Positions 42,201 to 49,898 of a stretch of DNA of 58,954 nucleotides are shown in pieces (the stretch's first letter is position 1; each line of letters opens with the position of its first letter). A model generated the notes under the pieces. The model saw only the letters and a program-made list of their open reading frames with translations. It was not told where the DNA came from and did not search any database. Location: positions 1-58,954 of the IMG/VR virus record IMGVR_UViG_3300045253_000079; one strand, given 5' to 3'. Source of the stretch: a virus. Lineage: Duplodnaviria > Caudoviricetes. A program made the position numbers and the translations under genes.

Positions 42201-44015
42201 CGCCGTGTCAAGGCCCGCAGCGCGCAGTGCCATGGCGAGCTGGGGGTGCTCCAGCGACGCACGCACGATGTCCGGCAGGTGCTGCTGGATCTCCTGCGGC
42301 GAGTGCAGGCCGGTGATCTGCAGGAGCGCCTGCATGCCCTGCACGCGCGGATCGGGGCCGGGCGGTGGTGCAGGCGCTCGTAGGTCCAGATTCCCCTGCT
42401 GCGGGCCGAACAGGTCGCCTTGGTTCGGATCCGGCCCTGCCGGCGCTTCGGGGGTCGGCGTGTGGCCACCGCCGCCGAACAGGTCACCCTGCGGGCCACC
42501 GGGAGGCGCTCCGGGCGGAGGCGGTTGGCGTGGGTTGTCCAACGGAAGATCGCGCTGCACGTCGTTGTTGACGCCCGGCACGTTCCGCAGCACGCGATCA
42601 CGCGGCAGGTCGGTGTTGCCGCCACCCATCGCCGCCGCCATGTCCGCACCGGCAGCGCCGGGGATCTTGTTGTTCGGATCGGCTTCCGGGGTGGGTGCCT
42701 TGTTGCCGTGCGGTGCGCCGCCGAAGAATCCGAACAGGGCGCCGGCTTGGGTTGCCGGCACGCCCACGCTCAGATCCAGATTGTCGGCGAGGCTGGACGA
42801 GCCAATGCCGGTGCGCGCTGCGCCCGCCGACTGGCCCAGATCCTGCTGCGCCACCATCAGGCCGCCGGCACCGATCGCGCCGCCCACGGCACGGGTCGTG
42901 TTGTTCGCCAGACCGCGCATGGAGAGGAACCCGGGCGCGTCACTGGCGCCTTCGGACGCTGCGCCGGGCAGCAGCTTCGAGCCTGCGGCTTTCGCGAACG
43001 AGAGCTTCGCGAGGAAGTTGCCAGCGAGCTTACGGCCGAAGATCGCCTCCACCGCGCCGGGCACGGAGCCTGCTGCGCCCGCTGCACGCGCGCCGTCGGC
43101 AGCGATGCCCTTGATCAGCTGTTCCTTGCTCGCACCGGGGTTCGCGGTCACCGCGTTCTGGTAGCCCGGCAGCGCTTCGAGCTCGGCCGACGACATCTTG
43201 TGCATGGCGTCGACGGCGTTCGTGTAGAACTCGCCGGCCTGCATGCCCCACGACTGCAGCCCACCCGTGACTGCGTACGCGCCCGTGCTGATCGCACCCG
43301 CTGCCGTACCTGCACCGGGCTCAGCCGCCGTACCCGCTGCCGCGCCAGCGAGCGTCGCAGGAGCTGCCATCGCAACCGAGCTGCCCACGTATCCGGCGGT
43401 CTGGCCGAGGCCCGTGATGAACGCGTGATACCCGGAGTACCACGGCTGGGTGCCCGCCTTGAACTGGCCGATCGTCTGGTTGCTCGCGTGCTCGGTCTGC
43501 GCATCCGACCACGCGTTGTTCGGATCCTCGTCGCTGGTCATCGACTTGATCGCCGACCAACCCTGCCCCAGCCCGGTCTTGAACGACGCGCCGAGCGAGC
43601 CCCAGAAGTCGGACTCGGTGGGGATGTTGTCGATGTCGCTCGCGAGCTTGTGCTGCGTGAGCAGGTCCCAACCCTTGGGCGCCTGCGTCATCTTCGGCAG
43701 GGGCGTGCCGTCCTCGGTAGCAGCCGTTGCGAGGTGCACCATCGTCGGTGCATTCATCTTGAACTTGCGGCCGGTGGCGTCCATCACCTCGCCGGTACGC
43801 ACGTTGATCGCGAACTCGGCACCGTCAGCGTTCGAGGTGCGCGAGGCGGCGTAGCCGTCGTTGATCTGGTTGCGGGCAGCAGCGCCCGCATCGAGGATCT
43901 TGTTGGTGTTGTCGCCGCTGCGGTTGATCGTGTCGATCAGCGAGCTGACGTCAATCGCACTCTGGGTCGGCGGCGCGAGCGCCTCATCGAGAACCGGATC
44001 GTTGTACTGGCCCAT
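36261..44015 (-). CDS. giant (2584 aa) internal virion/DNA-ejection polyvalent protein
   Basis: Last gene of the virion operon; low-complexity Pro/Ala region, HEVGH motif, DYFPLMREG, ETQLDYS motifs. Confidence 0.8.
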   Translation of the reverse strand: MGQYNDPVLDEALAPPTQSAIDVSSLIDTINRSGDNTNKILDAGAAARNQINDGYAASRTSNADGAEFAINVRTGEVMDATGRKFKMNAPTMVHLATAATEDGTPLPKMTQAPKGWDLLTQHKLASDIDNIPTESDFWGSLGASFKTGLGQGWSAIKSMTSDEDPNNAWSDAQTEHASNQTIGQFKAGTQPWYSGYHAFITGLGQTAGYVGSSVAMAAPATLAGAAAGTAAEPGAGTAAGAISTGAYAVTGGLQSWGMQAGEFYTNAVDAMHKMSSAELEALPGYQNAVTANPGASKEQLIKGIAADGARAAGAAGSVPGAVEAIFGRKLAGNFLAKLSFAKAAGSKLLPGAASEGASDAPGFLSMRGLANNTTRAVGGAIGAGGLMVAQQDLGQSAGAARTGIGSSSLADNLDLSVGVPATQAGALFGFFGGAPHGNKAPTPEADPNNKIPGAAGADMAAAMGGGNTDLPRDRVLRNVPGVNNDVQRDLPLDNPRQPPPPGAPPGGPQGDLFGGGGHTPTPEAPAGPDPNQGDLFGPQQGNLDLRAPAPPPGPDPRVQGMQALLQITGLHSPQEIQQHLPDIVRASLEHPQLAMALRAAGLDTAQLTHTPELGPEPPPPAPPAQLTHAPELGPGPQDSPQAHAMAAVLQITGLHSPEEVIANLRDVVQAAREHPQTPLMQALADSGLLDQVHDPAAAAAADQFNQAPPGRFGQREDVLDGGPQPLPARPPQLGPSVRRPLTAKGGDASTLGPAAPEPPQAPADRTPDGRPVGVSPPPVTNPVPMTAGEAQGRAQAQAARGQAPIAVDAPAPAPAALPTNPRAAEAAAAKAAREKSAPAATPVTPKGEKAVGAKGQAAIDKAKAKETAKSGVTETPAKAVPVSKKAQAVIDKAKAAEEEKKKSGETQPPSAEPAAPPAEATAPVSKPIVDEEPADPEPEVEKHEALQQVAKVEGPSKAAPAVDLTTPARVTPAKIPLGANEHLTIPDTLKVETGEGHSGDPVDLRVQVPNEALRQQLKDALKRTTLTAGDRETISSTLTKLDQLHTLLDVHEERAVEELLKRVDQSAEGRSLVSAQDAIDLRQEIADRRAEREAAGKDNRGRPIGRPTVSLLIRLPLLAEEVLHFARLMRDQARAELARGVEPARSVARRMIALFSPHMANEETWPGQMHAVLRSVAEFTDEHLDQMARSAINSIKDSPLAKQVMRGASEVAHAMPMRDNEERAKLPRSGPKPEEQPAPKPPLAPKTAAEMGLVERNGARTVSYKGAGDLPREAVKLVEGWLQMLERGGTKLSGPLHVMSMQHAREMYPEAFPRDTDGHYAQVMVDGKLRHVVAVDWEGIAGHGINNDPIAIEALAHEVGHYAEHEIFNRSDRGTQEEVIRAYNAWLSAHGHLSPTEMFRSHATHLMKAAAGNPFMDASYAGHFSEWLANHVARHLLTEQEPRSLVEKYFARVGDFLRKMWSGITGKDMADPAVRNMLNRFQSKAAMKNASPYEMMPHEPEGHALDWLGKRDEEGNREIPGAKAAKAILNRATADLAPSKTMLGDILTGNWDKARASGMEAVKNVSRTIMESPAGDSLRRVGLKLATMDQIVALYKGTPLGEPLRRWVDLERRASQLVTVVLYGGKSEAVLDADGTPHQFPGVANAIERARNLTPKVREMLMTVMAKATRYGIVLDQAFDGPGNMHLQTGLGDLAVLRNRQRYAELQTLWQGLVDKDATAADIYTKLRDGFVELHTKEIEAKQKNLLDKGAELGLTDAVIERAMNRLKQASLELVKGDYFPLMREGRWIVSAHLPGVSESFNTRAEADQRARDLKALNPGARIQIDEPVKGDYALNMQRRMVQFFDSSGAARDAREHMLKALQEEYEVNDLDMEKEARALHDEAHPDGDVPFNLLDTLIGQPFSKDDHYNMLEQSDKQFIQEFTAQLKAKGAIDPVVQQALIDAQLEASPELSPRRSLLPRENVLGADRDMLKAYAIRIHGRAHMYSRIVHSPESKKAWQQMYDTKETFEPTTAVLNNIQEQQDAIAAMMRPTAWNRAQNVMTDLSSMAFLAFSPGYILANALQPHMITTPVLGGMRNAKGDLIGVAKAAKYVQDAYKGAVPYFSKRGLQDFTNEIKRLQGEKVEGHDTHWLAEEMIRKFGASEGEQQMLRTMLETGRLDFSFLNTIQDAMRGGKAQRLFTGVARLGMAFAQQTEAMNRVVTALATYRMALGELKGRGGEAMGHDEASHLASSVIGETQLDYSKFNRPVVFNKSFLRVALQFKVFTQGMYALFVKNAALALNGDSPEERQEGRRTLMYLMGTHGAAAGVSGMGPFAVAAKLGVGLIAATIAGGGAKQQGDDKKWKTGDEKFHEDARSVFGDTVGNVVERGLPALFGVDIADRVGWPSLADSRYVGVKAGDNAGSALDKWVISMAGGAPYSNIRRIVTGAGNAFDGNPYTHASDALPGGIRSVVNAFRASTTGLLDQHGNTIVPASEMGWGDVGLKVLGLTPAVEQQAQQQRSERIGTTARIQQERGTLLKQYGAAQGADRDAVKAAIDDFNQSVPTGFQIRGSALSATVQSRAKDAAGIESRQEREVKRFLHQE

Positions 44016-44024
44016 GGCCGGTCC

Positions 44025-46367
44025 TTATTTTGGATTGACGCCCAGCTGCTTGAGCAGGTCGGGAATGCCCGGGCCTGTGCTGTACTTCGAGAGCCGCTCG
44101 GTTTCTTTTTGTGCGCTCTGGTCGATGTTCGTTTTCGCAGCGTTGGATGCGAGCTGGTCAAGGCCGTGGTTGACCGCATCGAGCTCGCGCTGCAGCCCAT
44201 CACGTACTGCCTGCTGCTGCGGGTTGAGCTGGCGGGTAGTCGGAATCGGAGCGCGGCCAATCGCAGCACGCGCCATCGTTGCTTGCGGCTGTTCGTTGTC
44301 GTCGAACTCTTTGATCTGCTGGAGGATGCGGTTCTTGTGTGCCCGGTACGCCCACAGCAGCACCTTGTCCTGCGCGAGGATCGGCGGCGGCTTCGGTGCA
44401 TCTGCTTTCGCCGTGGGGATCGCCTGCTTTGGTGCAGCTCCAGCGTCGGCAGGTGCGGCATCCGCGGTGCTCGGCGTGCCGGGAGTGCCCGGATCCGTTG
44501 CGAGCGCAGGAGCGTCCGACGCGCCGCCTTCGAGCTTCGCCTTCCATGCGGCGGCTTTCTTGATGTAGTCGCTGCTGTAGCCGTTCACGCTCGGCATGAC
44601 CGAGCCGTCAGCGGTCGTCTGGGCAGCATTGCCAGTTGGCTTGCCCAGATGGTCCAGTGCGCCTTGCTCGCCTGCATAGTGCGCGGCCATCGCGAACTCG
44701 GGGCCGTGCGCTTTCATGTTCGTTGCGAACCGGCGCATCGCGCCGTCGATCTCCGACTGGGTATCGCCCAGCGTCACGCCGTACGCCTTCGCAGAGCTGG
44801 GCATCCACTGCATGATGCCCTGCGCCTGCTCGCCATTGACCATCTTGCCCTTTGCCTTCGGGTCGAACGAGCTCTCGCCGTCTGCAATGGCGTACGCGTA
44901 CTCACGGGGCACTTTGTACTTCGCTGCTGCTGCATCGAGCATCTTCGCCACTTCCGGCGAGGGTGCACCGAGCTTGCCCGCGGACGCGCCCGAGTCTCCA
45001 CCGACCGTAGCGATCTTACCGTAGATCTGTGGGATCAGTTGCAGGCTGAGCATCAGCTTCTGGCGATCGTTCGCGTCGAGCATCTTGGCCATTGCCGTCT
45101 GGCCGTCGACCACGCTCTTGCTGTACGCCTGCAGCGTGCTGTCTGCATCGAGCTCGGACTGCGGAACGGGGTTGTTCTGCGCGTCGGTGATCTGGGCAGC
45201 GGTGGTCAGGCCCGTCTTGGGGTCGGTGACTGCACCCATGTGCATGATGTAGAGCTTGTGGCTGGGACTCTCCAGCGTCGTCATTGACCCGTCGCCAGCC
45301 GTGGACGGCGTAACTTTCCAGCCGGCTTTCTCAGCAGCGGCACTCGCCGCGCTGATCGACATGATCGCTGTGGTTGCATCCTTGTTGTTCGCGTAATTCG
45401 CCACGATCTCCGCCATCTTGTCGCGGGATTTCGTGTCGAGCTCGAACTCGTGCTTTTGCAGCTCGTCCGCGTTCTGCTTCAACAGGCCCACCAACGTCGG
45501 CACGGTGCCTGCCGGGTCCGTCATGAACGAGTGCAGCATGTTGAGCTTTTCTTTCGAGTCCATCTTGCTGTAGTTGAGCAGCTGCTGGTCGCCGCGCATG
45601 ATCCACACGTCGCCGTCTTTCGCCACGCGCGCGTTCAACCCCGAACCCAATTCAGGTACGTTGCCCATCAGTGCCGTCAGGTGTCCCGCCTGTTGCTCGC
45701 CGTCATACAGCGTGGGGTTCGCAGCCATGGTCATCAGTACGCCCGACTGCTGCGCAGCGATCTGCAACGACGTTGCACGTGCAAGCTGGTGGTTCTGGTC
45801 AGCGCCCGCGAGATCGCCTGTTCGCGCACTGGTGATCGACCGGTTCTGGTAAGCCTGCGAGAGGTTGACCTGCCCGTCGGCGCCGATCGCATTGTTCGTG
45901 TCGTTGATGCCCATGCGGTTGATTGTGTGCTTCTCTGCACCCGCAAGGTCCCCCACTTGTCCAGAGCCAATCGCCGCCGTGTTCTCAGCGCCAGCGAAGT
46001 TTCCGTTGATCGCGCTCTGCGATGCCGTACGGTTGTTCTTGCGTGTGTACAACGAGTCCATGTCGCCGAGCGCACTGCTTGCCATCGAGCCGCCACCGGG
46101 AGCGGTAATGCCACGACGTGAAACGCCGCTGCTCGACGCGAGCGCGTTGATCTTATCTTCAATATCTGCATAGCGAGACTGCGTAGCACCGTCTGGACGC
46201 TGGTTCAGATACGCGTCGAGCGTAATACCCTGCTGCTGTGCCTCGGCAGCGGCCTGCTGCTTGATCTGGTCCACGCCGCGGTTGAAGCGCCACGTGGACA
46301 CTTTGTCGCCGATTGCTTGGCCGCCTTGAAAGTTACGCGTGATAATGTCACCCCAAGTATCCATCAC
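44025..46367 (-). CDS. ejection protein with lytic transglycosylase (SLT) domain
   Basis: AAAKYKVP...AIADGESSFDPKA...AQGIMQWMP...AAHYAG. Confidence 0.85.
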   Translation of the reverse strand: MMDTWGDIITRNFQGGQAIGDKVSTWRFNRGVDQIKQQAAAEAQQQGITLDAYLNQRPDGATQSRYADIEDKINALASSSGVSRRGITAPGGGSMASSALGDMDSLYTRKNNRTASQSAINGNFAGAENTAAIGSGQVGDLAGAEKHTINRMGINDTNNAIGADGQVNLSQAYQNRSITSARTGDLAGADQNHQLARATSLQIAAQQSGVLMTMAANPTLYDGEQQAGHLTALMGNVPELGSGLNARVAKDGDVWIMRGDQQLLNYSKMDSKEKLNMLHSFMTDPAGTVPTLVGLLKQNADELQKHEFELDTKSRDKMAEIVANYANNKDATTAIMSISAASAAAEKAGWKVTPSTAGDGSMTTLESPSHKLYIMHMGAVTDPKTGLTTAAQITDAQNNPVPQSELDADSTLQAYSKSVVDGQTAMAKMLDANDRQKLMLSLQLIPQIYGKIATVGGDSGASAGKLGAPSPEVAKMLDAAAAKYKVPREYAYAIADGESSFDPKAKGKMVNGEQAQGIMQWMPSSAKAYGVTLGDTQSEIDGAMRRFATNMKAHGPEFAMAAHYAGEQGALDHLGKPTGNAAQTTADGSVMPSVNGYSSDYIKKAAAWKAKLEGGASDAPALATDPGTPGTPSTADAAPADAGAAPKQAIPTAKADAPKPPPILAQDKVLLWAYRAHKNRILQQIKEFDDNEQPQATMARAAIGRAPIPTTRQLNPQQQAVRDGLQRELDAVNHGLDQLASNAAKTNIDQSAQKETERLSKYSTGPGIPDLLKQLGVNPK

Positions 46368-48094
46368 GCATTCTCCCGGTGGTACTTGCCCACCAGCTTG
46401 TCGAAGAACTCGATGCCCTTCGAGCGCACCACGTCAGCCGGCACGACGAACTCACCATGCGCGAGCATCGCCGGGATCTGGTCACGCGACTGCGGCATGG
46501 GCAACGCGCCCTGTGCGCGCATCGGCATGCCACCGCCCTCGGCGTTGAAGTGCACCGTCGGCAGCACTTGGACCTGACCTTGCGGAACGAAGTTGTGGTC
46601 CGCCCACACGTTGCTCGGACTACCTCCACCGCCCTGTGCGCTGTGCGCTTGGGCAGCACGCAACCGCGTGCGCAGCTTGTCGAGGAACGATGGCTCCGCC
46701 GCCGCCACCGTGCCGCTACCCGCCGCGTCCGGCGTGAACGCAGCGATGTTGCTGGTGTCGAACCCTTCGGTGGCGAAGATCGGATGGACGTTGTTCTGGA
46801 ACCCACCGCCGAACTGCGGGCCTCCACCGAACCGATTCATCCACCACGGCGGCTGCTGGGTCGGCGGCATCGGGCCGGGGTTGTAGGGCGGGAACGAGTT
46901 CGGCGGACGGTAGCCCTGCCCCGGACCTTGGCCCGGCGGGAAGAACGGGCGTGGCAGCACGCCACCGCTACCGCCCGCAGCGATCGGCTGCAGGTTCCCG
47001 CCTGCCATGATCGGGTGGATAGCGTTGGCGAATCCCCCGCCACCGAGCGCACCGCCGAGCTTGTTCTGGTCGACGTCGCCACCCTCAGCGAGGAAGAACC
47101 CGGCTACAGCGCTTGCCCCTCCTAGAATGTTCCCCCACTGCTGCTGGTTCTGCGCCTGCCCCGCCTGCCATTGGGCCATCTGGTTCTGGTAGCCCTGATT
47201 GAGCATGTTCCCGGCCGAGCTGTAGCCCGCCATGGCGTTGCCCATCATGTTCCCGCTGAGCGCACCCCACTGCATCGGTGTACCGGTGAGGTTCGCCACG
47301 TTCTGGAGTGCGTTCGAGCGCCAGCCGAGCCCTTGGCCTGCGAGGTTCGCACCGCCCTGCAGCGCCTGCAGCTGCGCGTTCTGGCCGGCCATGCCCGCAT
47401 TGACCGCGCCCTGTCCGGACTGGCCCGCACCTTGATACCCAGCCGACGCCTGCGCCGGCAACCCCATGCCGATGTTCAGCGCGCTCGCACGCAGCGAGCG
47501 GCCGGTGTTCTCGACCTGTGTGCGTGCATTGTTTCCGGCAAGCGCCTGCGCGCCCGCTGCCTGCACGCCGAGCTGGTTCATCAGGGACGAGCTGCGCACC
47601 TGTGAGGGGTCGATGCCCATCGAGCTGAGCTGTGCGTCGGCCTGCTGGCGCTGTGCGTCGGCCTGCCGCTGGACGTCGACCATCGACTGCGACGCCGCGG
47701 CCTCGCGCCGGGCTGGCGTGTCGTACTGGTTCGCCTCGTCGATGAAGCGGTCCTGCATCGGCAGGAACACGTTCTCGTAGCGCTTGCGGTCCTCGGCCGC
47801 GTAACCCATCTGCTGACGCATCGCGTCCATCTGGGTCTGGCCCACTTCCTGCGCGAACGCGCGGGCCTGCTTGTCCGACTCGAACGCCTTGTTCTGGAGT
47901 CCGAACAGGCGGTCAGCCTGCTGCCGCGCAAGCGAGAGCTCATCGCCAGCGTTCTTCTGCATCCACTGCATCTGGGCTTCGCTGAGCCCCAGATACTTCA
48001 TCGCGATCGCATTCGACTGCTGGGCAATCGCGATCTGCGCGTTGGAAATAGGAGTCAGGTCCGGCGGGGGTGGCGGAGAACTTTTCTTGCCCAT
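46364..48094 (-). CDS. Gln/Ala/Gly-rich internal virion (pilot-type) protein
   Basis: MGKKSSPPPPPD N-terminus, coiled Q/A-rich body, AEGG motifs, IPAMLAHGEFVVPADVV. Confidence 0.75.
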   Translation of the reverse strand: MGKKSSPPPPPDLTPISNAQIAIAQQSNAIAMKYLGLSEAQMQWMQKNAGDELSLARQQADRLFGLQNKAFESDKQARAFAQEVGQTQMDAMRQQMGYAAEDRKRYENVFLPMQDRFIDEANQYDTPARREAAASQSMVDVQRQADAQRQQADAQLSSMGIDPSQVRSSSLMNQLGVQAAGAQALAGNNARTQVENTGRSLRASALNIGMGLPAQASAGYQGAGQSGQGAVNAGMAGQNAQLQALQGGANLAGQGLGWRSNALQNVANLTGTPMQWGALSGNMMGNAMAGYSSAGNMLNQGYQNQMAQWQAGQAQNQQQWGNILGGASAVAGFFLAEGGDVDQNKLGGALGGGGFANAIHPIMAGGNLQPIAAGGSGGVLPRPFFPPGQGPGQGYRPPNSFPPYNPGPMPPTQQPPWWMNRFGGGPQFGGGFQNNVHPIFATEGFDTSNIAAFTPDAAGSGTVAAAEPSFLDKLRTRLRAAQAHSAQGGGGSPSNVWADHNFVPQGQVQVLPTVHFNAEGGGMPMRAQGALPMPQSRDQIPAMLAHGEFVVPADVVRSKGIEFFDKLVGKYHRENA

Positions 48095-48104
48095 GGCCTT
48101 ACCC

Positions 48105-48542
48105 TCAGTGTGCGAGAAGCGGGCGCTTGACCCGCTGGTGGAACGCTTCTCGGGTCAGCCTGTAGTGGACAAACCCGTCCTTGTCAACCCCGATCGGTTC
48201 GGCGCCCATCTTACGCGTCAACTTCACAGAGGGAAAGTTGAGTGGGTGAACCATGTGCAGGGTCTCCCCGTGGGCCTCCAGCAGGTGCTCCATCACCCGG
48301 TAAGCTTCCCGGCTGGCCGCGCGCATCTCGTACGGGGGCCATGCAGCCATCACGTAGCCGTTGAAGTACGCCAGCACCCCAGTAGGTGAGAGCTGGTGGA
48401 TCTCGGCGTCGTCCCGGAGAGCCGCGCGCTGCAGGTCGGCCATCACGTCAGACATCAGCTCCACGTCCGCTCCGCAAAACCGGTGCGCCGCGTTGAGCAG
48501 GCCGCGCAGTCGGATCGCCAGAGCGAGCGGGTGGTCGCTCAC
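48105..48542 (-). CDS. GNAT-like virion-associated protein
   Basis: VHPLNFPSVKLTRKMG resembles GNAT motif B; positioned before the ejection genes. Confidence 0.5.
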   Translation of the reverse strand: MSDHPLALAIRLRGLLNAAHRFCGADVELMSDVMADLQRAALRDDAEIHQLSPTGVLAYFNGYVMAAWPPYEMRAASREAYRVMEHLLEAHGETLHMVHPLNFPSVKLTRKMGAEPIGVDKDGFVHYRLTREAFHQRVKRPLLAH

Positions 48543-48880
48543 AAGTCGAGCTCGTCCAGTTGCGATGCGCTTTGCAGGAGCTTCACCAGCTCCTCCGCCT
48601 TGGTCTGGGTGATCGTATCCAGACGGCCCTGCGTGGGGGGCGCACCCTGCACAACAATCGTGTGCGGTGTGCCAGCGGTGCGGGAGGGCGATCCGTCCGC
48701 AGCGGCCACGAACCGGCCACCCTTGTCGACCTCGAACGCTTGCGCGTGGATCACGCGGTGCGTGCGCTGGTTCTCCTGCTGGTGGTAGATCACTCGCGCA
48801 TAGCGCGACGGTGTGAACTCGTCGAGCTCGAAGTCCACCGCGCGGCGGTCGGGACGTCCGGGAAGCTGTGTTACTTTCAT
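48539..48880 (-). CDS. hypothetical protein
   Basis: AACCATG start; GTGA coupling to the next gene. Confidence 0.55.
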   Translation of the reverse strand: MKVTQLPGRPDRRAVDFELDEFTPSRYARVIYHQQENQRTHRVIHAQAFEVDKGGRFVAAADGSPSRTAGTPHTIVVQGAPPTQGRLDTITQTKAEELVKLLQSASQLDELDL

Positions 48881-48893
48881 GGTTGCACCTAAG

Positions 48894-49898
48894 TTAGAAA
48901 CGACCCGGCGGGAAGTTGCCGCCGCCACTACCGCTACCCCCGTTGGCCGTCCCTGCGGCGGGGATCTTGATCTGGCCTGCCACCACGACATCATCGCCTT
49001 GCTGCATTGCTGCATCTGGGTCCGCAGCGGCGTACCACGTGCGCGTACCGCCAGCATAGCCCGCATCGTGGCAGTAAATCACGTAGGTGGTGTTTACCGT
49101 CAATCCCGTCACTGCGTTGGTCACCGCTGCGTAGGACACCGAGACCGAGCCGTAACGAGCGCTATGCGCGTTGACTGAAACATTTCCAGACGAGTCCGCG
49201 GTGAGCGCATCGGTGCTGCGAACGGAGCCGTACGCGGTCGCGATCGACTGTGGGAGATTCCGCTGGTCGCCAATCCTGTGACCGGAGCCCGCGACGCGCA
49301 GCCCCAGCCGCCGCGTAAGCGATACGTCAACGAGATCCGTATTGGCAACGCGTCCATACGTCGTGCCGTGCGGAATGTTGTCGACGTTGCTGGTGTTCTC
49401 CAAGGTCATCGCAAGCGACGTATGGATGTTCTGTGTATCCTGCCGCAGCAGCTCGGCCAGCTGCTCGTTGCGGGCCAGCCGCAACATGAGCTGGCGACGC
49501 TGGGACTGCTCGATGCCCAGCCGGTCCTGCAACCCGCGGATGTGCGAGGAGGCAACGTCGAGCTGGGCCTGTGCGTCGGCCACCGCCTGCACATTAGTCG
49601 CATGCTTTCGGCTGAGCGCGTCGAGCTCCGTTTGCAGCTGGTCCGCCGTTGTTCCTGCTGCGCCCACTCCGCTGAGCGCACCTGCCGCCTGCGTGGACAG
49701 CTTGTTCCATGCAGGACCGTGGCGAAGTTGGTTTGCACCGTCCACGGTCAGCACGCCGAGCGATACCAGATCCGACACGCGCACCGCACGCTGATCTTTC
49801 TTTCCCGCCGCGCCCGTAAGCTGATTCAGCACTTCGGCGAGCTGCTGGTCAGCAGAGCTAGTCCCGGCAACCGCAGCGCCGCGACGAACAGCCATCAC
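48894..49898 (-). CDS. tail-associated protein
   Basis: DQRAVRVSDL N-terminus, coiled coil, beta-rich C-terminus. Confidence 0.6.
   Translation of the reverse strand: MMAVRRGAAVAGTSSADQQLAEVLNQLTGAAGKKDQRAVRVSDLVSLGVLTVDGANQLRHGPAWNKLSTQAAGALSGVGAAGTTADQLQTELDALSRKHATNVQAVADAQAQLDVASSHIRGLQDRLGIEQSQRRQLMLRLARNEQLAELLRQDTQNIHTSLAMTLENTSNVDNIPHGTTYGRVANTDLVDVSLTRRLGLRVAGSGHRIGDQRNLPQSIATAYGSVRSTDALTADSSGNVSVNAHSARYGSVSVSYAAVTNAVTGLTVNTTYVIYCHDAGYAGGTRTWYAAADPDAAMQQGDDVVVAGQIKIPAAGTANGGSGSGGGNFPPGRF

Noticed and set aside
42420-45287. 955-aa plus-strand ORF (also 38253-40580)
   Set aside because: Antisense shadows of the ejection protein genes with no motifs.
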